A DNA stretch of 64,000 bases from Acidobacteriota bacterium. Its GTDB lineage: Bacteria; Acidobacteriota; Vicinamibacteria; Marinacidobacterales; Marinacidobacteraceae. The stretch lies in NCBI GenBank assembly GCA_022822745.1, contig JAJEAO010000008.1, forward strand, positions 529 through 64,528, in the 5' to 3' direction. This document shows positions 29,125 to 38,432 of the stretch, piece by piece. Every line of letters begins with the position of its first letter. The stretch's first letter is position 1. A program made the translations under genes and the position numbers. Under the pieces are notes generated by a model. That model was not told the origin of the DNA, did no database searches, and saw only the letters and a list, made by a program, of their open reading frames with translations.

Positions 29125-30027
29125 ATGGCGCTCCAACGGATCGGATTCATCGGACTCGGGGTCATGGGCCGCCCGATGGCGAAACGGCTTGTCGCGGCGG
29201 GGTTCGACCTCACCGTCCACAGCCGCTCGCCGCGTCCGGTGGACGAACTCGTCACCGCCGGAGCGAGCCGCGCCGGATCGGCGGCCGAGTGCGCCCGCGG
29301 TCAGGATGCGGTCGTCCTCATGCTGCCCGACTCGCCGGACTCGGAGCTCGTGATGCTCGGGCCGGGCGGCGTCCTCGAAGCGAATCCGCTCCCGGCCCTC
29401 GTCGCCGACATGTCCTCGATCCAGCCCGGCGTTTCCCGACAGATCGCCGAACGGTGCGCCGAACGCGGGGTCGCGTTCGTGGACGCCCCGGTCAGCGGGG
29501 GGGAGCCGGGCGCCGTCGCCGGGACACTCGCGATCATGGCGGGCGGCGAGACGAAGGCGTTCGAGGCTCTCGGCCCGATCTTCGAGGTCGTGGGGAAGAG
29601 CGCCGTGCTCTGCGGACCGGTCGGCGCCGGCGGGACGGTGAAGCTCGCCAACCAGATGATCGTGGCGGCGAACATCCAGGCGGTCGGGGAAGCGCTCGTC
29701 CTCGCCGTGCGTTCGGGACTCGATCCCTCGGTCGTGATGGAGGCCATCCGCGGCGGGCTCGCGGGGAGCGCGGTCCTCGAGGCGAAGGGGCCCAAGATGA
29801 TCGCGGGCGACTGGAAGCCCGGCTTCCGGCTGGAGCTCCACCTGAAGGATCTGAACAACGCTCTCGCCGCCGCGAAGGAAACGGGGATCCAGGCGCCGTT
29901 CACCACGATCGCCCGCCAGATCGTCCAGACCCTGGTCACGAACGGCCACGCAGCCGAGGACCACGCGGCCATCGCCCGCTACTGCGAGGATCTCGCCGGG
30001 ACCACGATCGCCCCCTCGGATTCCTGA
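29125..30027 (+). CDS. 2-hydroxy-3-oxopropionate reductase / beta-hydroxyacid dehydrogenase
   Basis: IGFIGLGVMG, DAPVSGG, KLANQ and PGFRLELHLKDL. Confidence 0.9.
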   Translation: MALQRIGFIGLGVMGRPMAKRLVAAGFDLTVHSRSPRPVDELVTAGASRAGSAAECARGQDAVVLMLPDSPDSELVMLGPGGVLEANPLPALVADMSSIQPGVSRQIAERCAERGVAFVDAPVSGGEPGAVAGTLAIMAGGETKAFEALGPIFEVVGKSAVLCGPVGAGGTVKLANQMIVAANIQAVGEALVLAVRSGLDPSVVMEAIRGGLAGSAVLEAKGPKMIAGDWKPGFRLELHLKDLNNALAAAKETGIQAPFTTIARQIVQTLVTNGHAAEDHAAIARYCEDLAGTTIAPSDS

Positions 30028-30048
30028 CTCCGGATCCGTCCGGCGGGA

Positions 30049-30118
30049 CGGCAAATTTCACCCGCGGTTCCAATTTGCCGCGGCATTTTTTGCGCCGGCG
30101 CGAAATTTGCCGTAGGGT
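30049..30118 (+). promoter_or_regulatory. Two abutting 32-bp imperfect palindromes plus a -10-like TAGGGT
   Basis: CGGCAAATT-N14-AATTTGCCG (30049-30080) and CGGCATTTT-N14-AATTTGCCG (30081-30112). Confidence 0.6.
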
Positions 30119-30181
30119 GAAGCGCTGGACATCCGGCCGCGGGCGCTCGAGGGCCCGGTTCTGGACGATCTCCGGCGGACG

Positions 30182-31243
30182 ATGGTCTTCGTCAGCGGAC
30201 CACGCCAGGTCGGCAAGACCACCTTCGCGACGGCGCTTCCCGGCGGGGAGGCCGCCTGGCTGAACTGGGACGCCCCGGAGCACCGGGAGCGCATTCTGGG
30301 ACGGGAACTCCCGCCCGGCGGCTTCTGGATCTTCGATGAGCTCCACAAGTTCCGGGACTGGCGCAACTACCTGAAGGGCCTCTGGGACGCTCGACCTCCC
30401 GACCAGCGGGTGCTGGTCACCGGGAGCGGCAGACTCGACCTCTATCGCTTCTCGGGAGACTCGCTCCAGGGGCGTTGCCGGCTGTTTCGAATGCACCCCT
30501 TCTCCGTTGCGGAACTCGGCTTTCGCCGCCAGGAGGAAGTGCTGGATCTGCTGCGCCTCGGGGGATTCCCCGAGCCGTGGCTCTCCGGCTCCGAGAGGGA
30601 GGCGCGCCGATGGTCGCTCCACCACCGGTCCCTGCTCGTGGACGAAGAGATGGCGAGTCTGGAAGGGATCCGGAACCTCGGCAGGATCCAGCTCCTGCTG
30701 ATGACCCTCCCGGAACGCGTGGGCTCGCCCCTCTCGATTCACGCGCTCAGCCAGCAGCTCCGCGTGAGCCACCGCACCATGGCCTCGTGGCTCGATGCCG
30801 CCGAACGGCTTCATGCCCTCTTTCGAGTGCCTCCCTTCAGCGGCAACCTGTTGCGGGCGGTGTCCAGGCAGCACAAGCACTACCACTTCGACTGGACGAT
30901 GGTCCGGGAGGACGGATCGCGGTTCGAGAACCTGGTCGCCTGTCACCTGCTCAAGTGGGCGCACTGGAAGCAGGATGTCGAGGGCGAGGATCTGCAGCTT
31001 CGGCACTTCCGCGACCGCGACGGTCGCGAAGTGGACTTCGTCCTCTCCGAAGGCGCGTGGCCGCGCGTCCTCGTCGAGTGCAAGTGGTCCGACGCCCGAT
31101 GCAGCCGCAGCCTCCGATACCTTCACCGGAAGTTTCCGGAGGCGGAGGCGTGGCAGATCCACGCCGTCGGGCGGAAGGACTACCAGACTACCGAGGGCAT
31201 TCGCGTCGCCCCCGCGCTCGCCCTCCTCTCCCGCCTCGCGTAA
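30182..31243 (+). CDS. AAA_14 + DUF4143 ATP-binding protein
   Basis: GPRQVGKTT, DE, TGS, GGFPEP, FENLVA and EVDF..VECK. The frame extends upstream to CTG 30125. Confidence 0.9.
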   Translation: MVFVSGPRQVGKTTFATALPGGEAAWLNWDAPEHRERILGRELPPGGFWIFDELHKFRDWRNYLKGLWDARPPDQRVLVTGSGRLDLYRFSGDSLQGRCRLFRMHPFSVAELGFRRQEEVLDLLRLGGFPEPWLSGSEREARRWSLHHRSLLVDEEMASLEGIRNLGRIQLLLMTLPERVGSPLSIHALSQQLRVSHRTMASWLDAAERLHALFRVPPFSGNLLRAVSRQHKHYHFDWTMVREDGSRFENLVACHLLKWAHWKQDVEGEDLQLRHFRDRDGREVDFVLSEGAWPRVLVECKWSDARCSRSLRYLHRKFPEAEAWQIHAVGRKDYQTTEGIRVAPALALLSRLA

Positions 31244-31260
31244 TCGGCTGCCGCCGGCGC

Positions 31261-31526
31261 GCCGCTCTCTATGGAACGCCCCGGTTCTCCCGGTAGGGGT
31301 TCTCCAGAGCGGCACCGCGCCCACTCCGCCCGGCACCACGCCCCACTCCACCCGGCACCACCCGATGGAGCGCCCCGGTTCTCCCGGTCGGGGTTCTCCA
31401 GAGCGGCAATTGCGCAGCCCCGGTGCTGCAGGTCTTCCCGTGCCGGACTGGAGTCCGGCGCTCCATACACGCCGCTCTCTATGGAGCGCCCCGGTTCTCC
31501 CGGTAGGGGTTCTCCAGAGCGGCACG
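31261..31526. repeat. Cluster of REP-like composite palindromes (three direct copies, one inverted)
   Basis: ATGGARCGCCCCGGTTCTCCCGGTMGGGGTTCTCCAGAGCGGCA at ~31271, ~31365 and ~31481; inverted GTGCCGGACTGGAGTCCGGCGCTCCAT at ~31440. Confidence 0.85.
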
Positions 31527-31707
31527 GATGCTCTACACCGGTTCTTCCGGTACAGGTGCGGCGCGGAGCGACACCCGGTCGGCCCGCAGCGGGAGCGCGA
31601 CTCCACCCGACGCCCGGGTTCGTCGAGGGAGCGCACGCCGGAACGTGTCAGTTCCTCCATACGATCACGGATTTGACACGCGCGGTTGCGGGTGAGAGAT
31701 TCGGGCC

Positions 31708-32916
31708 GTGATTCCGAGACACCTCGAGCCTACCCTCGTCCGGGCCGCGGACACATCCCCGGTCGTGACCCTCACCGGTCCCCGCCAGTCGGGGAAGACG
31801 ACCCTCCTCCGCGCCGCGTTTCCCGAGCATCGCTATCAGTCGCTGGAAGCCCCCGACACCCGAGCGTGGGCTCGATCCGACCCACGCGGATTCCTCGCGC
31901 AGGCTGACCGCATGGTGCTCGACGAGGTGCAACGCGTGCCGGATCTCCTCTCGTACATCCAGGTTTTGGTGGACGACGACCCCGCGCCCGGACGCTTCCT
32001 GCTCTCCGGGTCGCTGAACCTGCTCCTGCTCGAGTCGGTGTCGCAGACGCTGGCCGGGCGCACGGCTCGCCTGACGCTGCATCCGCTCTCCCTCGCCGAG
32101 CTTCGCGAGCGACCCCCGCTCGACCCGGAACGGCTCGACCGGATGGAACGCAGCCGCCCGGCGCTCGCTCCCGTGCGTCGGTCCGAGCTGTGGGAGACGC
32201 TGGTCCGGGGCTTCTATCCCGCGATCCACGCTCGCGGCGTCCCGGCTCCGGAGTGGTACGAGGACTATTTCGCGACCTATGTGGAGCGGGATCTGCGCGA
32301 GGCTCTCCGCGTCATGGATCTGGGCGCGTTCGAGAGCTTCGTGCGGCTCGCCGCCGGGCGAACCGCCACCGAGCTGAACCTGAGCGGGCTCGCCAGCGAC
32401 GCCGCAGTGTCCCAGCAGACCGCGAAACGCTGGCTGACCGCCCTGGAGATCGGCTACCTCGCGACGACTCTGCGTCCTCATCACCGGAACTTCGCCAAAC
32501 GGCTGCGACGCCGCCCGCGGCTCCATTTCCTCGACTCCGGCCTCGTGTGCTCCCTGCTCGGGATCCGCGACGCCGAGACGCTCCAGACACACCCCCTCCG
32601 CGGCGCCGTGTTCGAGTCCTTCGTCGTCTCCGAGCTGGTCAAGGCGTTCGCGGCGCGCCGCCAGCGCCCGCCGCTCTACTTCTGGCGGGACTCCCGGGGA
32701 CGCGAGATCGACATCCTCATCGAACTCGCCGGACGGCTCATCCCGGTCGAAGTGAAGTCGGGGCTGACCGTTCGACCCTCGGCGCTTCGCACACTGGATT
32801 GGTGGACAGCCATCCCCGCGAACCCGACCACGGGCGGGGTTCTGGTCCACGGCGGTGCCGAGGACTTCATGATGAAGGGCTTCCGGATCGCTCCCTGGGA
32901 CTTCTCGTCGGGCTGA
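31708..32916 (+). CDS. AAA_14 + DUF4143 ATP-binding protein
   Basis: GPRQSGKTT, DEVQ, SQTLAGR, TYVERD, DSGL, FE and EID..VEVK; TTGACA-17-GAGATT promoter 6 nt upstream. Confidence 0.92.
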   Translation: MIPRHLEPTLVRAADTSPVVTLTGPRQSGKTTLLRAAFPEHRYQSLEAPDTRAWARSDPRGFLAQADRMVLDEVQRVPDLLSYIQVLVDDDPAPGRFLLSGSLNLLLLESVSQTLAGRTARLTLHPLSLAELRERPPLDPERLDRMERSRPALAPVRRSELWETLVRGFYPAIHARGVPAPEWYEDYFATYVERDLREALRVMDLGAFESFVRLAAGRTATELNLSGLASDAAVSQQTAKRWLTALEIGYLATTLRPHHRNFAKRLRRRPRLHFLDSGLVCSLLGIRDAETLQTHPLRGAVFESFVVSELVKAFAARRQRPPLYFWRDSRGREIDILIELAGRLIPVEVKSGLTVRPSALRTLDWWTAIPANPTTGGVLVHGGAEDFMMKGFRIAPWDFSSG

Positions 32917-33121
32917 CGGACGCCGCGCCTGCCGGTCCACCCCGCCCGCCCCGCTCCCGCGCCACCGCACCGAGTGACCGGACCGCGATTCAGGGCGGAT
33001 CCCGTTATCGTTGCCCCGTGGCTCCAGAATCGCATCGCGGACCGGACTCCCGAGGTCCGTGCACCCACTTCGCCGTGACCCGGCTTCGCCGCCCGGCGCA
33101 ACCCGCGGCCGGTCGAGAGCC

Positions 33122-34240
33122 ATGATCAGCACGCTCACGCTCCACAACTACCGCGGCTTCGCGGAGTACGAGCTGCGCGGGCTGGCTCGCGTGAACCTTC
33201 TCGTCGGGCCGAACAACTGCGGCAAGACCTCGGTCCTCGAAGCGGTGGAGTTGCTGGCCTCGGATGGGCATCCAGCAGCCATGATGCGATCCTCTCGTCG
33301 GCGCGGTGAGAGCGTCTCGCATCGTGACCGTGGCGGGCGAACGACGCGATACACCGTGCGCCATCACTTTCGCGGCCACGATGCGGCGCCGCACGCATGG
33401 CTCAGCGTCGCGTCCGACGGCTCGCTCGGCAGGATCGAGATGCGAATCCGCCACCTTTCGAGCCAGGATCCTCCCGCGTTGTTCGACGCCCGCCCGCCAG
33501 AGACAGACCTCGCCCTGCGTGCGTCGCAACCTCTCGTCCTTGAACTGCACCGCGGGCGGCGGGGTTCGACACGCGATGAACCCCATGTCTATCCGCTGAC
33601 CTCGGACGGGGCGATTGCCTGGCCCCCGTTCAGTCGTCCGCATCGGCCGGAACCGTTCATCCCGATTCGGTTCCTCACCGCCGATTCCCGCTTCGATGAC
33701 GAACTGCGCGCAGCCTGGAACCAGGTGGAGATCGACGGGGGGGAGGACGAAATCGTCAACGCGATGCGGGTCATTGCGCCCGACCTTCGTTCGATCCGCC
33801 TCCTCGCCAGCGGCGGACGCGCAGGGCTGGCGGGATCGGTGCGATCGGGCTTCGCGCTCGGATTCGAGGGTGGCGGAGGGCGGACTCCCATCGGGAGCCA
33901 CGGGGAGGGAATGCGCCGGCTGCTCGCTCTCGCCGTCTCCCTGACGGACCTTGCCGGCGGCTTCCTCCTGATCGACGAGATCGGCACCGGGCTGCACTGG
34001 ACCGTGATGGCGGACATGTGGAGGCTCGTCATCGAGACCTCGGGGTACTCCGGGACTCAGGTGCTCGCGAGCACGCACAGCCTCGACTGCATCCGGGGGC
34101 TGGCCTCGCTCCTGGGTGAGCGCCCGGATCTGGCGGACGAGGTATCGGTCCACAAGCTGGAGCGGCGCATCCGGCGCAGCGCGCGGTTCGGCGGAGAGGA
34201 GATCCTCGCCGCCACGGACCTGGACATCGAGCTCCGGTGA
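33122..34240 (+). CDS. AAA_15/AAA_21 ABC-type ATPase
   Basis: NYRGF, GPNNCGKT, GEGMRR, LLIDEIGTGLH and STHS. Confidence 0.9.
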   Translation: MISTLTLHNYRGFAEYELRGLARVNLLVGPNNCGKTSVLEAVELLASDGHPAAMMRSSRRRGESVSHRDRGGRTTRYTVRHHFRGHDAAPHAWLSVASDGSLGRIEMRIRHLSSQDPPALFDARPPETDLALRASQPLVLELHRGRRGSTRDEPHVYPLTSDGAIAWPPFSRPHRPEPFIPIRFLTADSRFDDELRAAWNQVEIDGGEDEIVNAMRVIAPDLRSIRLLASGGRAGLAGSVRSGFALGFEGGGGRTPIGSHGEGMRRLLALAVSLTDLAGGFLLIDEIGTGLHWTVMADMWRLVIETSGYSGTQVLASTHSLDCIRGLASLLGERPDLADEVSVHKLERRIRRSARFGGEEILAATDLDIELR

Positions 34241-34671
34241 CCACGGCGCCGTGACGAAGAAGAGTCCGGCCGTCGGGAGGTCCAAGGGGAACCGACTATA
34301 TGTGGAAGGGACTGACGACGAGAATGTCGTCCGCCACCTGTTGGCGCGTTGCGAACCGGCGGCCTCCGACTTCCCGGAGATCCAACGGACCGGCGGCAAG
34401 GAAGGGATGCTGAAGGCCATGACCACATCCATCAGGGCCGGAACCGGGAAGACGGTGGCGTTCGTCCTCGACGGCAACGATGACCCGGCCGGTCGCTGGC
34501 AGGCAGTGAGGTCGCGCTTGATCTCCGTGAAGGTTCCGGCACCAGACGTCATTCCGCCGGAAGGATTCGTCGATCGCTCGACCGAGTATCGAACACGGGT
34601 CGGGGTCTGGCTCATGCCCGACAACCAGCGGCCCGGCGCACTCGAAGCGTTCCTGCATGACCTCATCGAAG

Positions 34672-36224
34672 GGGGATTATATCGCTGAGTATCCACGGCG
34701 GAGTTACCTGTTTCCGTACCGATCCTCTCGCGCCTCCCAGAAGTCGAAGACCGACTCCCAGGACTGGGGCTCGATGATGTAGGTGCCGTGTCCAATGCGT
34801 TCCCCCAGGATATTCCATCCCAGAAATGGATCATCCCAACTGTTCTGACAGTGCTCAGGCAAGGGAAGTCCGTCTCTCGGTTCAACCACTACAGGCCAGT
34901 TCGTATCCTCCGCCAGTTGAACGGCGAGGGGGAACGTTACGCCATAGGTCGTTGGTCCTGCCACGCCAGTAATCAGAGCCTCCAAGTCCCCCATGGACCT
35001 GATTCGCCAGCCCGTGCGACCAGTCCGTTCTTGGAGATTGTGAACCTTCCAACCTCGCTTTGAGTCCCCTAGACCAGCAGCATGGGTAGATTTGCTACTT
35101 ATGTAATTCTTGAAGACGTACTTGTTCGTCAGAAACCCCCACAGGAGCCTCCAACCAGCGTCCTTCTGGAATTGTCGTTTGGTTCTAGTCCATCCACTGT
35201 GACCTTTGGTGAACCTCTCCACCCCCTGCCATGTATGCGTTTGATCTATAACAGGAGACTGCTCTGGGAGTAGTCTCGTTCCGTCGTCATCAAATCCCCA
35301 CTCATATGAATAGATGCGCCTGTGCTTGTCCGCAACATCATTGACGATGACTTGCTCCTGGTCAAAACGATACCCCCATTTGAAGGTGAACTCCCGTATC
35401 GCCTCATGTCTAGGCTTGGGTGGAGGGGAACTCTTGAATCGCCACTTTACCTTTGGAATCGGATCAAAGACGAACAGGCCGTTGGGATCAGAGCCACTCT
35501 GAAATCCTCCATCCTGTGTGACCTTCCCGAATCCAAGACCCGCAGCAGCCTTGAATATCCTCCTGAGTCTCTTTTCTGACCTCGACTTCAACTCATGTGA
35601 GGTAGCGCCTCTATACACAATGCCCGTGTGACTCTGCCGGTCTCTACCTTCATCCGACAGCTCCATCAAATCGTGATTGCCGCCGACATAGGTTCCGATG
35701 GTCCCGAACGCGCAGTTCTCCACGATGTTGGCCACGAAAGCAATCGAGGCTGATTCCAACGCTGCCGTAGGCTGCGACTCATACAGCTCCATGCTCCAAT
35801 TCCTGTCCGTGTCAAGAACGGGCCTATTGCCGTTCAGAATGTCGGCAGATGCCTCTTGAAGATCAATCGTATGTCTTCTGGTCTTCGCTTGAGTAATCCA
35901 CGCGTCGATCCTCTCGATGAGTCGTCCAGCCATGTTCATTGCCTCCTGGGTTATACAGGGATTGTATCGCTGAGCGTCCGTTCCAGGGTCACTTGGTGTC
36001 TCTCTTCCTCAGATACTCCCACTCGCGCCGCTTCTTCGGCGGCGTGGTCAGAATCGCCCGAGCGATAGTGCCTGCCCGGTGCCTGTCCAGCCATAAACAC
36101 AGGTTAGCAGGGACTCGCCCCACCCGGGACAAATCGCCGTGAGCGGGGGAGCTAAACCCTTGAAGGCGCAAGGCCGTAGATGGAGAACCCAGACTCCCCG
36201 TGGATACTCAGCGATATAATCCCC
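34672..36224. mobile_element. Non-autonomous IS1595-family (ISNwi1-like ends) cassette with a passenger gene
   Basis: Perfect 27-bp TIR GGGGATTATATCGCTGAGTATCCACGG; 8-bp TSD CATCGAAG (34664-34671 and 36225-36232); no intact transposase. Confidence 0.9.
34704..35939 (-). CDS. Hypothetical protein (passenger of the cassette)
   Basis: 411-aa AT-richer ORF with GGAGG RBS; no motif recognised; stop 5 nt from the TIR. Confidence 0.85.
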   Translation of the reverse strand: MNMAGRLIERIDAWITQAKTRRHTIDLQEASADILNGNRPVLDTDRNWSMELYESQPTAALESASIAFVANIVENCAFGTIGTYVGGNHDLMELSDEGRDRQSHTGIVYRGATSHELKSRSEKRLRRIFKAAAGLGFGKVTQDGGFQSGSDPNGLFVFDPIPKVKWRFKSSPPPKPRHEAIREFTFKWGYRFDQEQVIVNDVADKHRRIYSYEWGFDDDGTRLLPEQSPVIDQTHTWQGVERFTKGHSGWTRTKRQFQKDAGWRLLWGFLTNKYVFKNYISSKSTHAAGLGDSKRGWKVHNLQERTGRTGWRIRSMGDLEALITGVAGPTTYGVTFPLAVQLAEDTNWPVVVEPRDGLPLPEHCQNSWDDPFLGWNILGERIGHGTYIIEPQSWESVFDFWEAREDRYGNR

Positions 36225-36865
36225 CATCGAAGCCGATGATCTCCTGATTTGTCATGCGGAGGACTCGACTCGCACGGCCCGAGAGCTGGGAGCGCCTTTT
36301 GGCGACGCGAAAGAGCCGAAGGCGGTTCTTCACACCTGGTTGGCGTGGCAGAAGAACCCGGGCCTTCCCTACGGCTTGGCCATCAAGGCGCGATTCTTCG
36401 ACGGCGCGAGCTCCGCCGCCGAACGCTTCGTCGCCTGGTTCGTCCGGGTGTTCGGCGGGGAGGGCAAGGCTGCGGATGCCAGTGAGCCACCGCGTTCCGT
36501 GATGCGGCGTGGTGTGGCCGATGGATCCTGACGGGTCGGAGACCGCGCCGCAGCGATCAGCCGCTGCTGCGGCTGGAGCGAACCGGATGCGCCCGGGAAT
36601 CGCTGCTCGAACGGTCGTACAACGCTTCGCGGGGCTGGTTGTCCGCCATGCGGAGTCCGATGCCACGCTGGTCGAAGTCCGAGAAGACGGCGTCGAGCAG
36701 CCGCCGCCTGCGCTGGAGCGCCGATTCGACGGGGCGAGACTCTGGTCGCGGAGCGCCGGCCGGCTGGTCAGCGGATGCAGTGGAATTGCGCACAGCGACA
36801 GACCCATGGTCCCCGCGGCATACAGCCTGACGGTTCCGAGCCGCTGCTAGCATCGGCGGCCGACC

Positions 36866-38080
36866 ATGGGACGAGGCAAGCGAGGCCCGAACGGATATCG
36901 CTCGTTCGGCTATCTGACCCCCGGCGAGGATTACGCCCCGCGGGAACTGGCGTGGGACGAGACCCTGTTCCCGGAGCACCCGGTGCCACTCTCCCCCGAC
37001 CAGGAAGCCCGCGCCGGGCGTCTGGCGGCGGAGCTGATTCTCGTCTCGCTCCACGAGCACCTCGGCAGCTTCCCGAGCGACATCCACCAGACCCCGGCCT
37101 ATGTGCGCGACGGGCGGGTTTTCACGCCCTTCGAGGCCCTCGCCCGCTCCGACTGGGACTGCGTCTTCGACAACCTGCTGGACGGCATCTGCCGGATCGA
37201 GTCCCGCAGCGGCTGGAAGTGGAACGAGGTTCTCCACGACCTCGGGATGCGGCTCGCCGACCTCGCGCACCAGGACTTCCTCGTCCCCTGCCGCACGGTC
37301 CAGGACATCCTCCACGCCCACGCCACCGGCAGGATCGCGTGGGTGGCCGCCATCGAAGGGGCGGCGCCGATCGAGAACGAGCTGGACCGGATCGAGGTGC
37401 TCTACGGCTTCGGCGTCCGCGAGATGGGGATCACCTACAGCGAGTCGAACGCCCTCGGCAGCGGGCTGAAGGAGCCGAACGACGGCGGCCTGACCACCTT
37501 CGGCCGGCAGGCGGTCGAACGCATGAACAAGGTGGGCATGCTGATCGACACCGCCCACTGCGGCGACCGGACGACCCTCGACGTGATCGAAGCGAGCGCA
37601 AAGCCGGTCTCCATCACCCACATCGGCGCCCGGGCGCTGTGGAACACGCGCCGCATGGCCCCCGACGATGTGCTGCGAGCCTGCGCCGACAAGGGCGGGA
37701 TCATCGGGATCGAGGCGGCGCCCCACACCACGCTCACCGCGAACCACTCTCTCCACGACCTGGAGTCGTTCATGGAGCACTTCGAGTACGTGAAGGATCT
37801 CGTGGGCGTGGATCACGTCGGCTTCGGGCCCGACACCGTGTTCGGCGACCACTGCGGTCTCCACCAGGTGTATGCCGCGGCGCTCTCGATCAAGAAGGCG
37901 AGCGTCGGTTCCGGCGCGCCGCCGTTCGAGCGGGTGCCCTACGTGGCCGGGATCGAGAACCCGGTCGAGGGCTCGAAGAACATCCTCCGCTGGCTGGTCC
38001 GCCACGACTACTCGGACGAGGACATCGGGAAGGTCATGGGAGGCAACGCGCTCCGAGTCCTCGGCGAAGTCTGGTCCTGA
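36866..38080 (+). CDS. Membrane dipeptidase family (M19) amidohydrolase
   Basis: GITYSESN, DGGLT.FG..VERMNKVGMLID.AH, TH..R and HVGFGPD. Confidence 0.9.
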   Translation: MGRGKRGPNGYRSFGYLTPGEDYAPRELAWDETLFPEHPVPLSPDQEARAGRLAAELILVSLHEHLGSFPSDIHQTPAYVRDGRVFTPFEALARSDWDCVFDNLLDGICRIESRSGWKWNEVLHDLGMRLADLAHQDFLVPCRTVQDILHAHATGRIAWVAAIEGAAPIENELDRIEVLYGFGVREMGITYSESNALGSGLKEPNDGGLTTFGRQAVERMNKVGMLIDTAHCGDRTTLDVIEASAKPVSITHIGARALWNTRRMAPDDVLRACADKGGIIGIEAAPHTTLTANHSLHDLESFMEHFEYVKDLVGVDHVGFGPDTVFGDHCGLHQVYAAALSIKKASVGSGAPPFERVPYVAGIENPVEGSKNILRWLVRHDYSDEDIGKVMGGNALRVLGEVWS

Positions 38081-38432
38081 ACCCGTACCTGACTCCGGGA
38101 GCCATGTCGGCGGGCTGATCCGCGCCGAGCGCACGAAGCTCTTCGCACGCCGTTCCGGTCCAACCGGCTCGCCCACCAGGGCCCCGCCGATGCCTCTCCC
38201 GCGATCGCTGCCCGCACCCGGCGTGGGATCGGCCTCCCGCAGGAAGCACAAGCGCTTGGAGCGGGAAGACTGTGACATCATGCTCCGCCGGTTCCCGCCG
38301 ACTGAGGCGCGCTCCCGCGACCTGAGGCGCGCGGTGACCGCGGGGCTGGACACGGCGTCATGGCGCGTCAGCCCCGAGATCCCCACTGGAGACGGGTGGG
38401 GTCGCCATGACACGGAGCAGGAGGTTTTCCAG

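Larger units (their letters stand above)
34251..36531 (+). pseudogene. DUF3226 (TOPRIM-like) gene split by an insertion
   Basis: 5' part LYVEGTDD..VLDGND..GVWLMPDN..GALEAFL; 3' part from 36232 KAVLHTWLAWQKNPG. Removing the insert and one TSD copy restores a 239-aa frame. Confidence 0.9.

Noticed and set aside
31261-31526. Possible CRISPR array
   Set aside because: Irregular spacing, mixed orientation, dispersed copies elsewhere and no cas genes; fits REP-like repeats.
34704-35939. Passenger ORF as the element's transposase
   Set aside because: No Zn-ribbon or DDE pattern of IS1595 type is visible; a separate transposase-like N-terminal scar exists at 36094.
37872-38432. N-terminal extension of the 840-aa ORF (likewise the long extensions on 3913, 28409, 30054, 44733, 59229 and 62874)
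   Set aside because: They overlap neighbouring genes or repeats; downstream starts have an RBS, translational coupling or signal peptides.
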